In this document: positions 26,296-39,698 of the stretch, piece after piece
Layout of the letters: the number at the start of each line of letters is the position of its first letter
How positions within the stretch are numbered: the first letter of the stretch is position 1
Source: Haliotis cracherodii
Lineage: Eukaryota
Assembly (NCBI RefSeq): GCF_022045235.1
Contig: NW_027266297.1
Span: forward strand, 10,292,001-10,356,000
DNA length: 64,000 bases
Reading direction: 5' to 3'
Notes under the pieces: generated by a model
Databases searched by the model: none
What the model was told of the DNA's origin: nothing
What the model saw: the letters and a program-made list of their open reading frames with translations, nothing else
Made by a program: the position numbers and the translations under genes

Positions 26296-27541
26296 ATTTA
26301 TTCATCTATCAAAGCTATGATCCAACATGGATTGTTTGGTCTCGAGTCACCCTTCCATCTCTCAAATCTGTTGTGCATGTGCATGCTAAAACATTATCAG
26401 TTTGCACACTATCACTATTTCTGTTTTCACATAAGAAGTGTGTAAGACCTGGTATATTTTATTTGAACTTGGAAACAACTATTGCATGTCTTCTGAAATA
26501 AACTTCATAATATTTGATAAGCTGTTGTGTTCAAGTGCGTGTGCAGCGTACCAGTCAGTGACAAAAACATCTGATATATATATCAAACGTATTCTAATGG
26601 GTTATCGGCGAAATCCAAAATCGATAGATAAATGTTTTCGCATGCAAGCATTTGAGTGAAAAAGCTTGTGAATTTTCCGATGTAATGTTATGTTGATTAA
26701 TCAGAATCAGGCCTTCTTCAGTGTCGTGGTAGAAAAGTGTTTGTGATTTGGTACTTTCTTAATTTTGAAGCCCATTTATGCTTCAGGGTAACATATAACC
26801 AAGTCTTGTCTGGTTGACAAAGACGTTGTGATATAAATACCACAAATATAATCAGTTTTTGGTCGTCAGTTACTCATTTTGTCGGTGTATTCTCATACAC
26901 TACATGCTGGAGAAGCGTGAGTGGTGGTTACTTTATTAGCCTTTGATGGTTGTTTCACATCGTATTCTCCGAAGTCTACCAGAGAGGTAAGGTCTACACA
27001 GATTTGAAACGTGTTTCAGCCGTATTAATATACATTGAAAGCACACTCTAAACAAATCATTGCGGCCCCTTAGACCCCAGGGTCACACGTGCCACCTTTC
27101 AAAACTATGATGCAACATGCGTGATTTGGGCTTGATTCACCCTTTTCTCTATCAAAGCTTTGACCCAGCATGATTCCTTTGGACTTGAATAACCCTTCGT
27201 CTACCCAGGCTGTGATCTTAAACTCACATGTGTATGCTGACACATTACCAGTTTGCACATTATCACAATTGCTCTTTTGACATAAGAAATATGTAACACG
27301 TGTTGTTTTCGTACTTTTTATTTGTAAAATAAATACTAGTACCTCCTATGATCTTTGTGAAGAGTATTGATAATGATTGTTGATGAACAGAACAAGCAAT
27401 GATATGAATACAACTAATGTAGTTCCGTCACATGAGATGAGAAATATTAGAAATTCATAAGTTAAGAATAGTATTCACATAACATGCAGTTTCCATACAG
27501 CATTCACACACTTGTTGTAGCCTTCAGATAGCTCATTCTGT

Positions 27542-29675
27542 TTATGGAGGTGTTGGTGTGACAGCATCCATGTTGTCGAATCCCAACTTGCAGCAGGCCA
27601 GGATAGGCTCCACACACACTTGACGTCCATCGGTGCCAGTGGTCAAAGATGAACACAGCTGGAAACAGCAGTAAGCTTATGTCATTTGTTTGTCTTTGAG
27701 AGTTAACGGCGTTTTCATAAGAACGCATGTTTATCTCTAATGGGCCTGACCTGATGTCCTTCGTTTTATAAAATGACTGATTCTCGCATTGAGAATTTTG
27801 TGAATTTCTGTAACATTCTAATTTCACGTTTACCTTGTCGGTGGGTTTAAATTTTAATGTAAATAATAGCCACCCTCTTCGGGTCAGAAGTAACAGAAGT
27901 AAGCTAATGTCATTTGTTTGTCTTATAGAATTTAGGGCGTATTCGTAAGAACACCAGTTTATCTGTTACGGACCTAACCTGTTATCATTTCTTTTAAAAA
28001 AAGACTGAGTCACGTATTAATAATTATGTGGATCACATCAAATCGTATTTACTATCATTCTTATCTCCCTGAAATGGCTTTGGAAGGTTTGATTTTGAAT
28101 GGACATTATAGCCAACAATTCTACGATTAAAAGAAACTACTTACAGCCATTCCACGTCCTCCGTATCTCTCGAGCTGTCTGAATGGTAGGTTGGCAGAGG
28201 CCAAGTCAATGACAGTCTCCTGGTTTGTAGTGAGGGTGACAGAGGTGACAACTCCGGGGGTGGTGGTCGTTCCAGTGCCCCATGACTGACCCCATCCTTG
28301 TCCCCACTGCTGTCCCCATGGTTGACCCCACTGTTGACCAAGACCTTGACCCCACTGTTGGCCCCACACGTTGCTGTAAAAGAGACATAGTGTGGTATTT
28401 GAGATGCATTTGAAAATTGCTCGTTTCCGGTCATGAGGAAATGTATTTTAACTGTGAAAATTTAAAATTCTTAAAAACATTCTTTAAAGATGTTCTTGGT
28501 GAGACGCTTGGAATTTTAAAAACATTGTGGGTGTTTAAAAACAATGTTACATAGTATGACATAGTATGATATTTAAGATGCATTTGATATTTGCTCATTT
28601 GAGTGTGAAAATTCTTTAAACATTTTAATGGGGAGATCATGTTTTAACTTCAGCAACCCTTTCCTTACCTTCCAAGGACAGGCCCGAGTCCATCAGCGGT
28701 ACATCCAGCCTCCACACGAGATCTCTCAGTGATAACGAGGTTGTAACTTCCTGACACAGTTGTAGTCCTCAGAACGGCAGATCCAGTCAGACCACTTCGA
28801 GACTGACCAATCTATAATAAAAAAGCTATGTTCGTTTCAAAACGCATAACTCGCGAGAGTAATATTAAAGTAGTATTGTCTTTCAAAAAGACAACCCAAA
28901 CTGCAGACTAATTCAGTCAATAAATAAAACTACTTACACCCCATCCTCCCCAAGTTGGCTGCATCCTCCTCAGGGTAAGAGACATAGCAAAACCTGTTGC
29001 TGTTCCAGTGCAGGTAATGGTTGTATCTGGTGGGAAAGTAAACACAGTTGAGCACTTTATGTTACGCAATATACACATACAAGTTGTAGTTTAAGTAGTA
29101 AGAAAGTAAAAGTGTATAAGCTTCTTTGGGATCAATCGTTCACTCTTCTGAGGCGGTGGCCTCGGAAATGTGGTTTTGGTCACTGCTTCAGCACACTCAA
29201 CAGCACAATGTGTTCAAAACATCGAGCATGTCCAGTGTACGCAGTTGGGCGTAGGATGGTCATAGAAAGGGTTAACCTTACCCTGGTTGCACAGTGGCTG
29301 TAAAGAAAATGAAAGTGTCTGTAAATACTTACTCAGATAAGGGTTGATAATGTTCTGGCCCCATCCTGTCCCTGCTTGACCCCAACCTGTTCTTCCAATC
29401 CCAAGTCCATGGGTACCAAATCCAAGTCCACCGGCACCAAATCCAAGCCCAGCAGAGCCAAGTCCAAGTCCAGCTTGACCTAAAGATGCTCCTGTCTGTC
29501 CCAAACCAAGTCCTGCATTACCTTGACCAAGTCCGGCTTGACCCCAAGAAGCCCCTGCCTGTCCCAAACCAAGTCCTGCATTACCTTGACTAAGTCCGGC
29601 GTTACTCTGACCCCAACCTTGACCTAAAGCCAGGTGAGCTATAATAGATAGAAGAGCTACTGCGAGGACAGCCAT
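27542..29675 (-). CDS. Gene A4: tandem paralog of A1 (306 aa, 5 exons)
   Basis: Exons 29675-29333, 29026-28938, 28811-28669, 28373-28145, 27658-27542 (TAA). GT-AG, intact frame; 2 x 21-aa repeat. Confidence 0.92.
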
Positions 29676-29730
29676 GGTAGATTTGTACTCGAGAACAACC
29701 TGAGATAATGCTGGTATCTATCTGACCGGG

Positions 29731-29738
29731 TTTATATA
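29731..29738 (-). promoter_or_regulatory. A4 TATA box
   Basis: TATATAAA at the same offset from the ATG. Confidence 0.7.
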
Positions 29739-32384
29739 CACTTCAGGTATAATAAGCTGGTAATTAATTATGTCTCAGAAATAAAAGAGGTGACCAATCG
29801 GAAGTCCTATCCCATGTACCTGATGTAATTAAGGACTGGCTATTGGAGAGTTACGGCTACAGCATTAGATTAGGTTATGCAATTATGCTATTCACATATT
29901 TCGACCTTAATCGTTGTTGCATTATTTTCTTCATTACTTTATTGCTTAATGACATTGACTTGATGATCGTTAATGTCACGTGTGCATTGATTGTTTATCT
30001 GAGACAATGACAATGTCCCATGCCCATTATGCAATTAAGGAATGGCTCTAAGAGATGTACAGCTATTCCAGATAAATTAAGAGCGATACATTCATCAAGA
30101 TCCAGCTCTTTCCCCTTCACATTCTTTCCCGTGTAATCCTTCCGTAATACTTTTGCAGTCCTGTGCGGTTTACTCGGACTTTTGCGGGAATATATCGAAT
30201 GTATATTGCTTCCTTATTTAACAATAATGTTATAAAATAATTAGGTCTGTATTCATTCTTCCCTTTATGGTAATAATTTTCATTAATTATTATTTATCAA
30301 GTAAATAAAATATATGCATACATATTACAACATTAAACATTCTCAGCGTTCAAGTTTCATGCGCAGATGCTCTGCAAATAATTGCCAAATATTTTTCTTA
30401 ATGATCAAATTGTTATAGTTACGACACTAGGCCGTAAACACTGCATACTTTAGGTCCAAAACACAACTGTGATACCCGTATTAAATACATTACCATGGTA
30501 TTGTTTGTTTAATTTTGAGCCACCATCAAACATGGGCATATACTTTCTTTCGCCCGGGAGTCTATTTTTCTCAATGAACCAATTGTTATTTACAGGAGTG
30601 AGTCTCTTGGATTTTTGTGAGAAAATGTTGTTTCGATCACTGATTCAATATTTATATTTTTATCTGAAAGGAAGAGTCGAACAATGTTTTGTTTTCAAAA
30701 TGCGTTATTTTCAGGACAACCAGTGGAGCTGAGTAAAACCCTCAACCAATTAGCTTTTATAAAACATCCAAAACTTTACTGTTATATGAATTTACAATTA
30801 GTTAATAATTAGGCCAAGCTTCAAAACCTAATTACACCATGAAGGGGGGTGTAGTAATGCCCTCAAGCGTTGTGTTCGTTATTATGCAATTCAGGTGATG
30901 TTTGGCCTGTGTGCACCAGTGAGTCACTATATAGTGACCCCATACATAAATACATCATTGTAGGACTAATTATATTATAACGAGAAACTGAGGAAGGTCA
31001 TCCCACAATTTAGCACATGGACAACGATGAACATATTTTGTTGACTTTTTTTTACTTTATAAGCAGTTAATTTCTGCACTTGTTCACAACACACCAATTC
31101 AACATTAACATATCGTTTTTAGTTTCAACAAAATTAGTAAATGCGCTATCGTGGCACTGCTTTTTCTGGTCCAGCATTTGTTTGTCTTGTTTGTTTACAG
31201 GCCGTCGTCGCATGACAGGAGTACTGCTGTGCGGCTTCAGGCAACACACATGTATTTGGTATTGTGTGAATGGCGAGTGCTACCAGTCGGGCAGGACAGC
31301 CATGGTTGCCCTTTTCGCGAACACCTGGTGTCATCACTTATATTCATTGATCCATTTCTATAATTTTCACCGATATTTTGTTTTTTACGCCCAGTGGACA
31401 CTGTTTCGGCGGATAATCGAGTCTGGCGTTGACATTTTATGTTTCGTAGTTTCTCATACAGACTCTGAAACACATATATCCGATAACCCATGCAAATCTA
31501 CATTATTCAGTTTCCATCTGAACATGAAGTGATTCTCAGGGCTCATTTCTGTTACACAATTCCTAAGAACATTTTACAAAAGACATCTTGAATATTACAA
31601 ATCTTGAACCGTCAGCCGATGATTTAGTAGATAAGAACATGAATATAACGATTTTGTAGCATAAGGAGAAAAATATTGTATTATTGTGTCACATGTTGTA
31701 TTACAACAAACGCAGAAAACAATAGGGGAAATACAACACCCGGCCCGTAGGTCTATAGATACACAATACGGTAAAATATGATAGTATATAAAATTTGAAA
31801 AACTGGTCTGCAAATATACATATTTATTACATAACGTTGCATGGAAAGTTCAATTCCATGTGTTTCTTATGACAACAGCTTATTACAACGTACAGCTCAT
31901 ATCATGCTTGTGATTAAATCTGTTTGGGTACAGATCGATTATGCAATAAAGTGATGCAATAAGATAATACGGAGAAGCCAATAGAGGCTCAGTTATCTTA
32001 TGAATTCACGTACGTATTCCTGGTGTCTTAAAACATCGATTTTGTACATCTGAAACAGAATTTTTTGAATCGTATGAACAAGAATCTTCAGTGTGAACCG
32101 ACATCATCTAAAACGTTTTATGTATAATAACTTTATTTTTAATTCTTGCTCCATCATGAGATGAATTATTACACCAGTATCGGAGTCCACAAATGCAGAT
32201 AATCCTCTTCGTCTACTGGATCATATCGTTAAGCTGACGTTAAGTGTTTTGTGTAGCAATGATGTTTTAAGGGAGTAAAACACTGTTTGCTGTACAATTG
32301 TGAAATATGTTCTCTCAGGAACCAAAATACGATTAATGAGGCGTGGAAGACCAGTCCAGAGTGGTTGAACTGGATGTTGTCATT

Positions 32385-32575
32385 TGCTTGTTGTTTGAAC
32401 GTTGTGAACGGACTCAACAATATTCCAGCTATATGACGGCGGTCTGTAAACAATCGAGACTGGATCAGACAATCCAGTGATTGACATCATAAGCATCGAT
32501 CTACGCACTTGGGAATCGATGATTTGCATCAATGAGATAAGCGAGCCTGACCACTCGATCCCGTTATTCATGGGG
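32385..32575 (-). mobile_element. R1 SINE-like copy
   Basis: Reverse complement of the R1 body. Confidence 0.72.
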
Positions 32576-33719
32576 TTACTGGGATTAGATGTCACAAAGA
32601 CACAAAGAGATGATTTCAGGCACGCCCATGGTACGCAACTTCTGTCATCGAATTGCGATGCATCGGGAGACTAGGGCGACCGCGCCCCCTCTCTAATCTT
32701 AGTCAATACCATCAAATAGCGTCGTCTTGTTATGATGACCATGTTTAGTCGATTTACCTCATATACTAGTAGTTTCTCTAGCATTGGATAAAAAAGGATT
32801 AATTAATCAATGCTATTTATTACATTCATAATATGAACTTATTATATTACTTTTACTTTCGATTTGTATGTGTTATGTGCCTACCATCTTCAGTTTTATG
32901 CTGTTACTGTAGGTATTCAAAAGTAGTCATCGAACATTCATTTTAGCGCTGCTTAAACCCCAAACTATGCCTATATTATTGTTCTATCATTAGCGTCACT
33001 AGGGTGTTCTACACATAAGTCCTAAGTGGTAGTTATAAAACCTGTGTATTTTTTAGAAAGTGAATTCCATAGTGACGTATTCTACTTTAGGTCTTCCAGA
33101 TCTTTGGGTATCGCTCGAAGGCTTCCTTTAATGTTCAACTTCAAGGACAAATTTACAAAACCTTCTATAACAGTCTGTTCAAGGTGGACAGTCTGCATGT
33201 GTGAGGTACAATACGTTCAGTGCTTACAGAATGTATTTGAACCAAATATACAACAAAACAACATTCTCTCTTGTGGGAATTTTCGTGGTTGTGATGTAGA
33301 CCCCGCTGATCTCGTTCAGCGATTTGTAACTATGGATCTGTCTTAGGTTCACGACTATCAGCCAGACAACTAAATAAAAGCGACAGAACCCTTTGACGTT
33401 ATCATAAGAAATCTCTTCTAAGAGCAGAGGCCAGAGTTCAATTGGGACTGTATCATGAACATGTGTTAATGGATCCCTATTAAATTCTGATGATACAATG
33501 TGTTCGCGAAATTTTTCCGATGCCACCCATCACAAACACATTTAACTGCAAGTCATTTGTTCACCTGAAAAATCACGGGATCATATGATTCAAGTCACAA
33601 TCGGGATTTGCATCGGACATTATTTGTGTCACTGATGCGTTTAATTTGGAAATGACCTTCACATGCCTACAATTAACTTTTGGAAGCTTTACTGTGGCTT
33701 TTTATGGTGTTAACCTTAT

Positions 33720-34490
33720 CAAAGAGTCATATGAACAGTCAAAGCTGTGGAAACATCAAATACTCCGACGAAGAAGGCAGTGTCTGTTCCATCGGAGGAC
33801 CCGTGAAGATCCGGGACAGAATTGGTCTTGCCGGGAAAGGCGACTTTGCTTATCGTAAGAGGCGACTAACGGGATCGGGTGGTTAGGCTCGCTAACTCGG
33901 TTGATGCATGTCATCGATCCAAATTGCGTGGATCGATGCTCATGATATTAATCACCGGCTTGTCTGGTCCATACTCGATTATTTACAGACGGCTGTCATA
34001 TAGCTGGAATAGAGTGCGGCGTTAAACAACCAACTAACAATCCATCCATCAGGAGGCAATGTGAAGATATCGGTTTTCTGGGATTCCACACAGGACTACC
34101 TCCCGAAAGGTCAGGCCCTTATCATGAACTGAACTGCTTAGGCAACTGACTGAGAATATGAAGACTAAACGTCGTTGAAAACTCACTGAAGGTGTGTTCT
34201 TGCACCAGGATAAAGCACCTTGCAAAAGGCTATTGTCGCCATGGTTGCAATGCATGACTATGGCTTTGAACTAATTGAACAGTCTCCGTATTCAGCAGAT
34301 TTGGCATTCAAGGTCAGTTTTCCACCTCTTCCCAAACTTGAAGAAAGAACTGTCTTGCAATCATTATGCAAATTAAGATGGCTTTTTACACCACCACGAG
34401 GAAGCCACACATCCAGGCACTCAAGCATCGTTGGCAGAAGTTTGTGGACCTTGGATGGGATTATATTTACAAATACACAAAATAATTAGG
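33720..34490 (+). mobile_element. Decayed mariner transposase, interrupted by R1
   Basis: WKH..TPTKKAVSVPS | GGNVKISVFWDS..DYLPKGQ..KLTEGVFLHQDKAP..FELIEQSPYSADLA (cf. mariner YSPDLAP). Confidence 0.78.
33800..34044 (+). mobile_element. Full-length R1 SINE-like copy
   Basis: Starts cccgtgaagatccggg, ends gcggcgttaaacaaccaac; approximate TSD tccatc(a)ggagg. Confidence 0.8.
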
Positions 34491-35222
34491 GACAACTCAA
34501 TCAACACAGTCAGTCCGTCATAGTTCCACCTCTCGTACATGTGAAATAAACATTAAGACATGTATACTTAGAAAACTATTATTCATTATCAAACAGCGTA
34601 TGGATTGTTCAAGTCTGAACCAGATACATTAGCGATTCAAATGATTGATTCAACGATTCTATATCAATATTCATTTTGAAGTTACACATATTTCAATTTC
34701 AATATTCCAAATCGTACAAATGATTCGATCAGGTTCTATCAAAGCTGTGAGCCAACATGCTTGCATGTGATTTAGGCTACCCGTGCCCCTATCAATTTCT
34801 ATAAGCCAGCATGCATATGATCTTATTCTGACAAGGTATAAAATCGTAGACTCACACAAATACTGTTCCAAGACAAGAAACATGAAAGATGTGTTGGCAT
34901 CTTTATTCAAACACCCTCTGCCCCGTTGTTCGGGAATAAATAATGATTGTTGTTGATGAACAAGACATATGATGATGAAAATGAGACATTCAAAAAGGAT
35001 TGCATTCAGTTAGGCAGTAAGTTATTTAACAATGGGACACTGGATAGATTAATTTTCTGATAATACAAGTGTTATTCCACATGATATGTAAAATGTGGAA
35101 ATTCTGTATTTGTCTGACTAGACTGATTAATGTGAGTACAGATAAGAATAGTATTAACACAGTTTACATTCAACATTTCACAATGGACACGCTGAATGCA
35201 GCTTCCAGATAACTCGGACTGT

Positions 35223-37217
35223 TTATGGAGGTGTTGGTGTGACAGCATCCATGTTGTCGAATCCCAACTTGCAGCAGGCCAGGATAGGCTCCACACACAC
35301 TTGACGTCCATCGGTGCCAGTGGTCAAGGATGTACACAGCTGAAAACAGCAGTAAGCTTATGTCATTTGTTTGTCTTTGAGAGTTAACGGCGTTTTCATA
35401 AGAACGCATGTTTATCTCTTATGGGCCTGACCTGATGTCCTTCGTTTTATAAAATGACTGATTCTCGCATTGAGAATTTTGTGAATTTCTGTAACATTAT
35501 AATTTCACGTTTACCGTGTCGGTGGGTTTAAATTTTAATGTAAATAATAGCCACCTTCTTCGGGTCAGAAGTAACAGAAGTAAGCTAATGTAATTTGTTT
35601 GTCCTATAGAATTTAGGGCGTATTCGTAAGAACGCCAGTTTATCTGTTACGGACCTGACCTGGTATCATTTCATTTAAAAAAAGACTGAGTCACGTATTA
35701 ATAATTATGTGAATCACCTCAAATCGTATTTCACTATCATTCTTATCTCCCTGAAATGGCGTTGGAAGGTTTGATTTTGAATGGACATTATAGCCAACAA
35801 GTCTCGTGAGGCTATGATTAAAAGAAACTACTTACAGCCATCCCACGTCCTCCGTATCTCTCGAGCTGTCTGAATGGTAGGTTGGCAGAGCCCAAGTCAA
35901 CGATAGTCTCCTGGTTGGTTGTGAGGGTGACAGACGTGACAACTCCGGGGGTGGTGGTCGTTCCAGTGCCCCATGACTGACCCCATCCTTGTCCCCACTG
36001 CTGTCCCCATGGTTGACCCCACTGTTGACCGAGACCTTGACCCCACTGTTGGCCCCACACGTTGCTGTAGAAGAGACAATGTGTGGTGTTTAAGATGCAT
36101 TTGACAATTGCTCATTTGAGTCATGTTAAAAATGCATTTTAACTGTGAAAATTATTTGAACATTTTAATGAGGAGGTCATGTTTTAACTTCCGCAACCCT
36201 TTCCTTACCTTCCAAGGACAGGCCCGAGTCCATCAGCGGTACATCCAGCCTCCACACGAGATCTCTCAGTGATAACGAGGTTGTAAGTTCCTGACACAGT
36301 TGTAGTCCTCAGAACGGCAGATCCAGTCAGACCACTTCGAGACTGACCAATCTACAATAGGAAAGCTATGTTCGTTTCAAAATGCACAACTCGCGAGAGT
36401 AATATTAAAGTAGTATTGTCTTTCAAGAAACCCAAACCCAAACCCCAGACTAATTCAGTCAATAAATAAAACTACTTACACCCCATCCTCCCCAAGTTGG
36501 CTGCATCCTCCTCAGGGTAAGAGACATAGCAAAACCTGTTGCTGTTCCAGTGCAGGTAATGGTTGTATCTGGTGGGAAAGTAAACACAGTTGAGCACTTT
36601 ATGTTACGCAATATACACATACAAGTTGTAGTTTAAGTAGTAAGAAAGTAAAAGTGTATAAGCCTCTTTGGGATCAATCGTTCACTCTTCAGAGGCGGTG
36701 GCCTCGGAAATGTGGTTTTGGTCACTGCTTCAGCACACTCAACAGCACAATGTGTTCAAAACATCGAGCATGTCCAGTGTACGCAGTTGGGCGTAGGATG
36801 GTCATAGGAAGGGTTAACCTTACCCTGGTTGCACATTGGCTGTAAAGAAAATGAAAGTGTCTGTAAATACTTACTCAGATAAGGGTTGATAATGTTCTGG
36901 CCCCATCCTGTCCCTGCTTGACCCCAACCTGTTCTTCCAATCCCAAGTCCATGGGTACCAAATCCAAGTCCACCGACACTAAATCCAAGCCCAGCAGAGC
37001 CAAGTCCAAGTCCAGCTTGACCTAAAGATGCTCCTGTCTGTCCCAAACCAAGTCCTGCATTACCTTGACCAAGTCCGGCTTGACCCCAAGAAGCCCCTGC
37101 CTGTCCCAAACCAAGTCCTGCATTACCTTGACTAAGTCCTGAGTTACTCTGACCCCAACCTTGACCTAAAGCCAGGTGAGCTATAATAGATAGAAGAGCT
37201 ACTGCGAGGAAAGCCAT
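35223..37217 (-). CDS. Gene A5: tandem paralog of A1, closest to A4 (306 aa, 5 exons)
   Basis: Exons 37217-36875, 36568-36480, 36351-36209, 36064-35836, 35339-35223 (TAA). GT-AG, intact frame. Confidence 0.92.
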
Positions 37218-37272
37218 GGTAGATTTGTACTCGAGAACAACCTGAGATAATGCTGGTATCTATCTGACCGGG

Positions 37273-37280
37273 TTTATATA
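37273..37280 (-). promoter_or_regulatory. A5 TATA box
   Basis: TATATAAA at the same offset from the ATG. Confidence 0.7.
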
Positions 37281-39169
37281 CACTTCAGGTATAATAAGCT
37301 GGTAATTAATTATGTCTCAGAAATAAAAGAGGTGACCAATCGGAAGTCCTATCCCATGCACCTGATGTAATTAAGGACTGGCTATTGGGGAGTTACGGCT
37401 ACAGCGTTAGATTAGGTTATGCAATTATGCTATTCACATATTTCGACCTTAATCGTTGTTGCATTATTTTCTTCATTACTTTATTGCTTAATGACATTGA
37501 CTTGATGATCGTTAATGTCATGTGTGCATTGATTGTTTACCTGAGACAATGTGTTAACAAGCAACACTTGTTGAAATTGACTGTAATATTTAAATTTTGA
37601 TCACTTGAATCATAGGTAATTTGAGATTCGGGTAGATTTATATAATGTAGTATCTTACATTGTGTTTGTTACTTATAGGAATAAGGTCATATCTTCACCC
37701 TGCTACGAAAATGATTCGGTAACGAAGTGTGCAATAAGCAGGGTTTTTTCGTTTAATTGTCGTAAACTTAGTGAAATCATATAAAACGCGTCATTATTTG
37801 TTAGACCTCAATGTCTCAGAAAACAATTCACAGATGTAATATTGAATTTGCCAAAATATTGATTCACAACCAGACAAAGAAGCAAATAAAATGCTTCTAT
37901 CAGTCGCACGAAATTTTCTGTATAGTTCTATATATCGAAAAATAATTATGCATGCATTACATGAGGTTCATCATAATTCCACGTGATAGTGTCAAGTTAT
38001 GCAATTGTAACTATCATGACAATAGCCAAAATTATATGGATAGTTTTATTATCAAATTGTCCTGTAAACTAAACACTGACTGCATTGCAAATGAAGGTAA
38101 ACAGCAACGTTCCAAAACACTGGAAATGAGCTTAACACATCACATCCATGGTGAGAATCGAACCTGGTTTTTCGGTGTGTCGTGCTTATTCATCTGGCTA
38201 CACCACATTGTTTGTGGTCACCTCCATTGCAAAATTATGCATATAAGCCAAGATGTTTCATTTACAAGACATCATATTTACACTGCATCTTTATAAGACA
38301 ACTGACTGAGCTGTCTGAACTGACGTGGTTTTGTGGCCGCTTTGAATAGTTATTGCGACGGATGCCTTCAGATTAAAATGAAGTTTGATGTAATTTACCC
38401 TCATTATGCTTTGTGACAATGAGTGTGTTTGAATATTACATAGCCATGAAGGCGATGTTAGAACAGTACAATCGTCTAACACGGTGTATTGTGTGTCAAC
38501 GTACCCGAACAACAGAGATGGTTGCTCATCGGATTATCTGATCCACACTCCATCCGCTACCTTATAGCTAAATATTCTGGGTACGGCGTTGAACAAACAA
38601 ACTGTTCTTTTCTGCTCACTACGTATGCCTACGCGGTAACATAAAATATATAATGTTGTATTATCTGACATCCATTTGAAACACGTGTCTTAAACAATTT
38701 ATTTAACGATACAATCGATGTAACTTCCGTGCATCAAATTCTCAATAACAACCGCAAATCTGAAAACAAATAACGTTTATCTCCCAACTGTCCCTATGTA
38801 ATTTGTTTGATATATTATCTGTACGATAAATCTTGATATATCATATGAAATAAGTAATGCGTGAATGACCTGACATCTGGTACTAGCTAGTTCCTCCTTA
38901 CTGTTATATTGCTGTTGGCGAATTGCCATGGGATAAATTCCAATATGTCTGCTTTTATTGTTGTGTGTAGTTACGTAACGACGTACACTAAAAGTCCTTT
39001 ACCGTGTAATTTCTGCCCGAGGCTGTGTAGGTTATATTTTCGAATTCTCAGTGTCTTCCTTGTGTTTTTATTGGCAAATCGTGGATTTTCAATTATCAAA
39101 AAAGGTGGGGAAAATAACTCTAGAAGCATGAAAGAAATAGTATCTAGAAAGCAAATAAACATAATTTGG

Positions 39170-39285
39170 TGAGTGGGAGAGTGAATATGGATTTACGCCG
39201 CTTTTAGCAATATACCAGCAATATCAGGACGGGGGACATTTGGGGAACCGAGAACGCTTTAACCACAAGATAACCCCACCGCCCC
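39170..39285 (-). mobile_element. R2 SINE copy, internally deleted
   Basis: tttacgccgcttttagcaatat..aacgctttaaccac..ccccaccgcccc. Confidence 0.65.
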
Positions 39286-39642
39286 ACATAATTTAGATAT
39301 TTTATCTCTTAACTCTGGCTGAATACACAAGACTACTTGATAATGATTACAACATACAATGAGACATGATGTGAGACTTAATACATGCAAATTGCAACTG
39401 TAAAACAATTCGTGGGTGTAAAACATGAAACGTTACATAATTATATACGCCTAATAATAAAACGTGGTGTGTATAAAAACAAACAAAAAACAAATTATAC
39501 ACTGTATGTACATGCTGGTGGGCTTGGCGAATGAGGAAGTGACCAACGTTCATGTTGTGTAATAAAGGATGGTTACGAAAATGACGCACATGGGATTAGC
39601 TTTATGAGTGATTTTGACACTACGTAATCGTCAGAGTTTGGG

Positions 39643-39649
39643 TATATAA
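39643..39649 (+). promoter_or_regulatory. Gene B TATA-like box
   Basis: TATATAA about 50 bp upstream of ATG 39699, similar spacing to the A genes. Confidence 0.55.
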
Positions 39650-39698
39650 CATAAGGTCACCGAGACCTGGAGTGTATTTGATTTCACTATCGACCAGT

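Noticed and set aside
27542-37217. A4/A5 (and A2/A3) as haplotype mis-assembly duplicates
   Set aside because: Their 3' UTRs, intron 3 lengths and intergenic TE insertions differ substantially. Real tandem paralogy is more likely, though long reads are needed to be certain.
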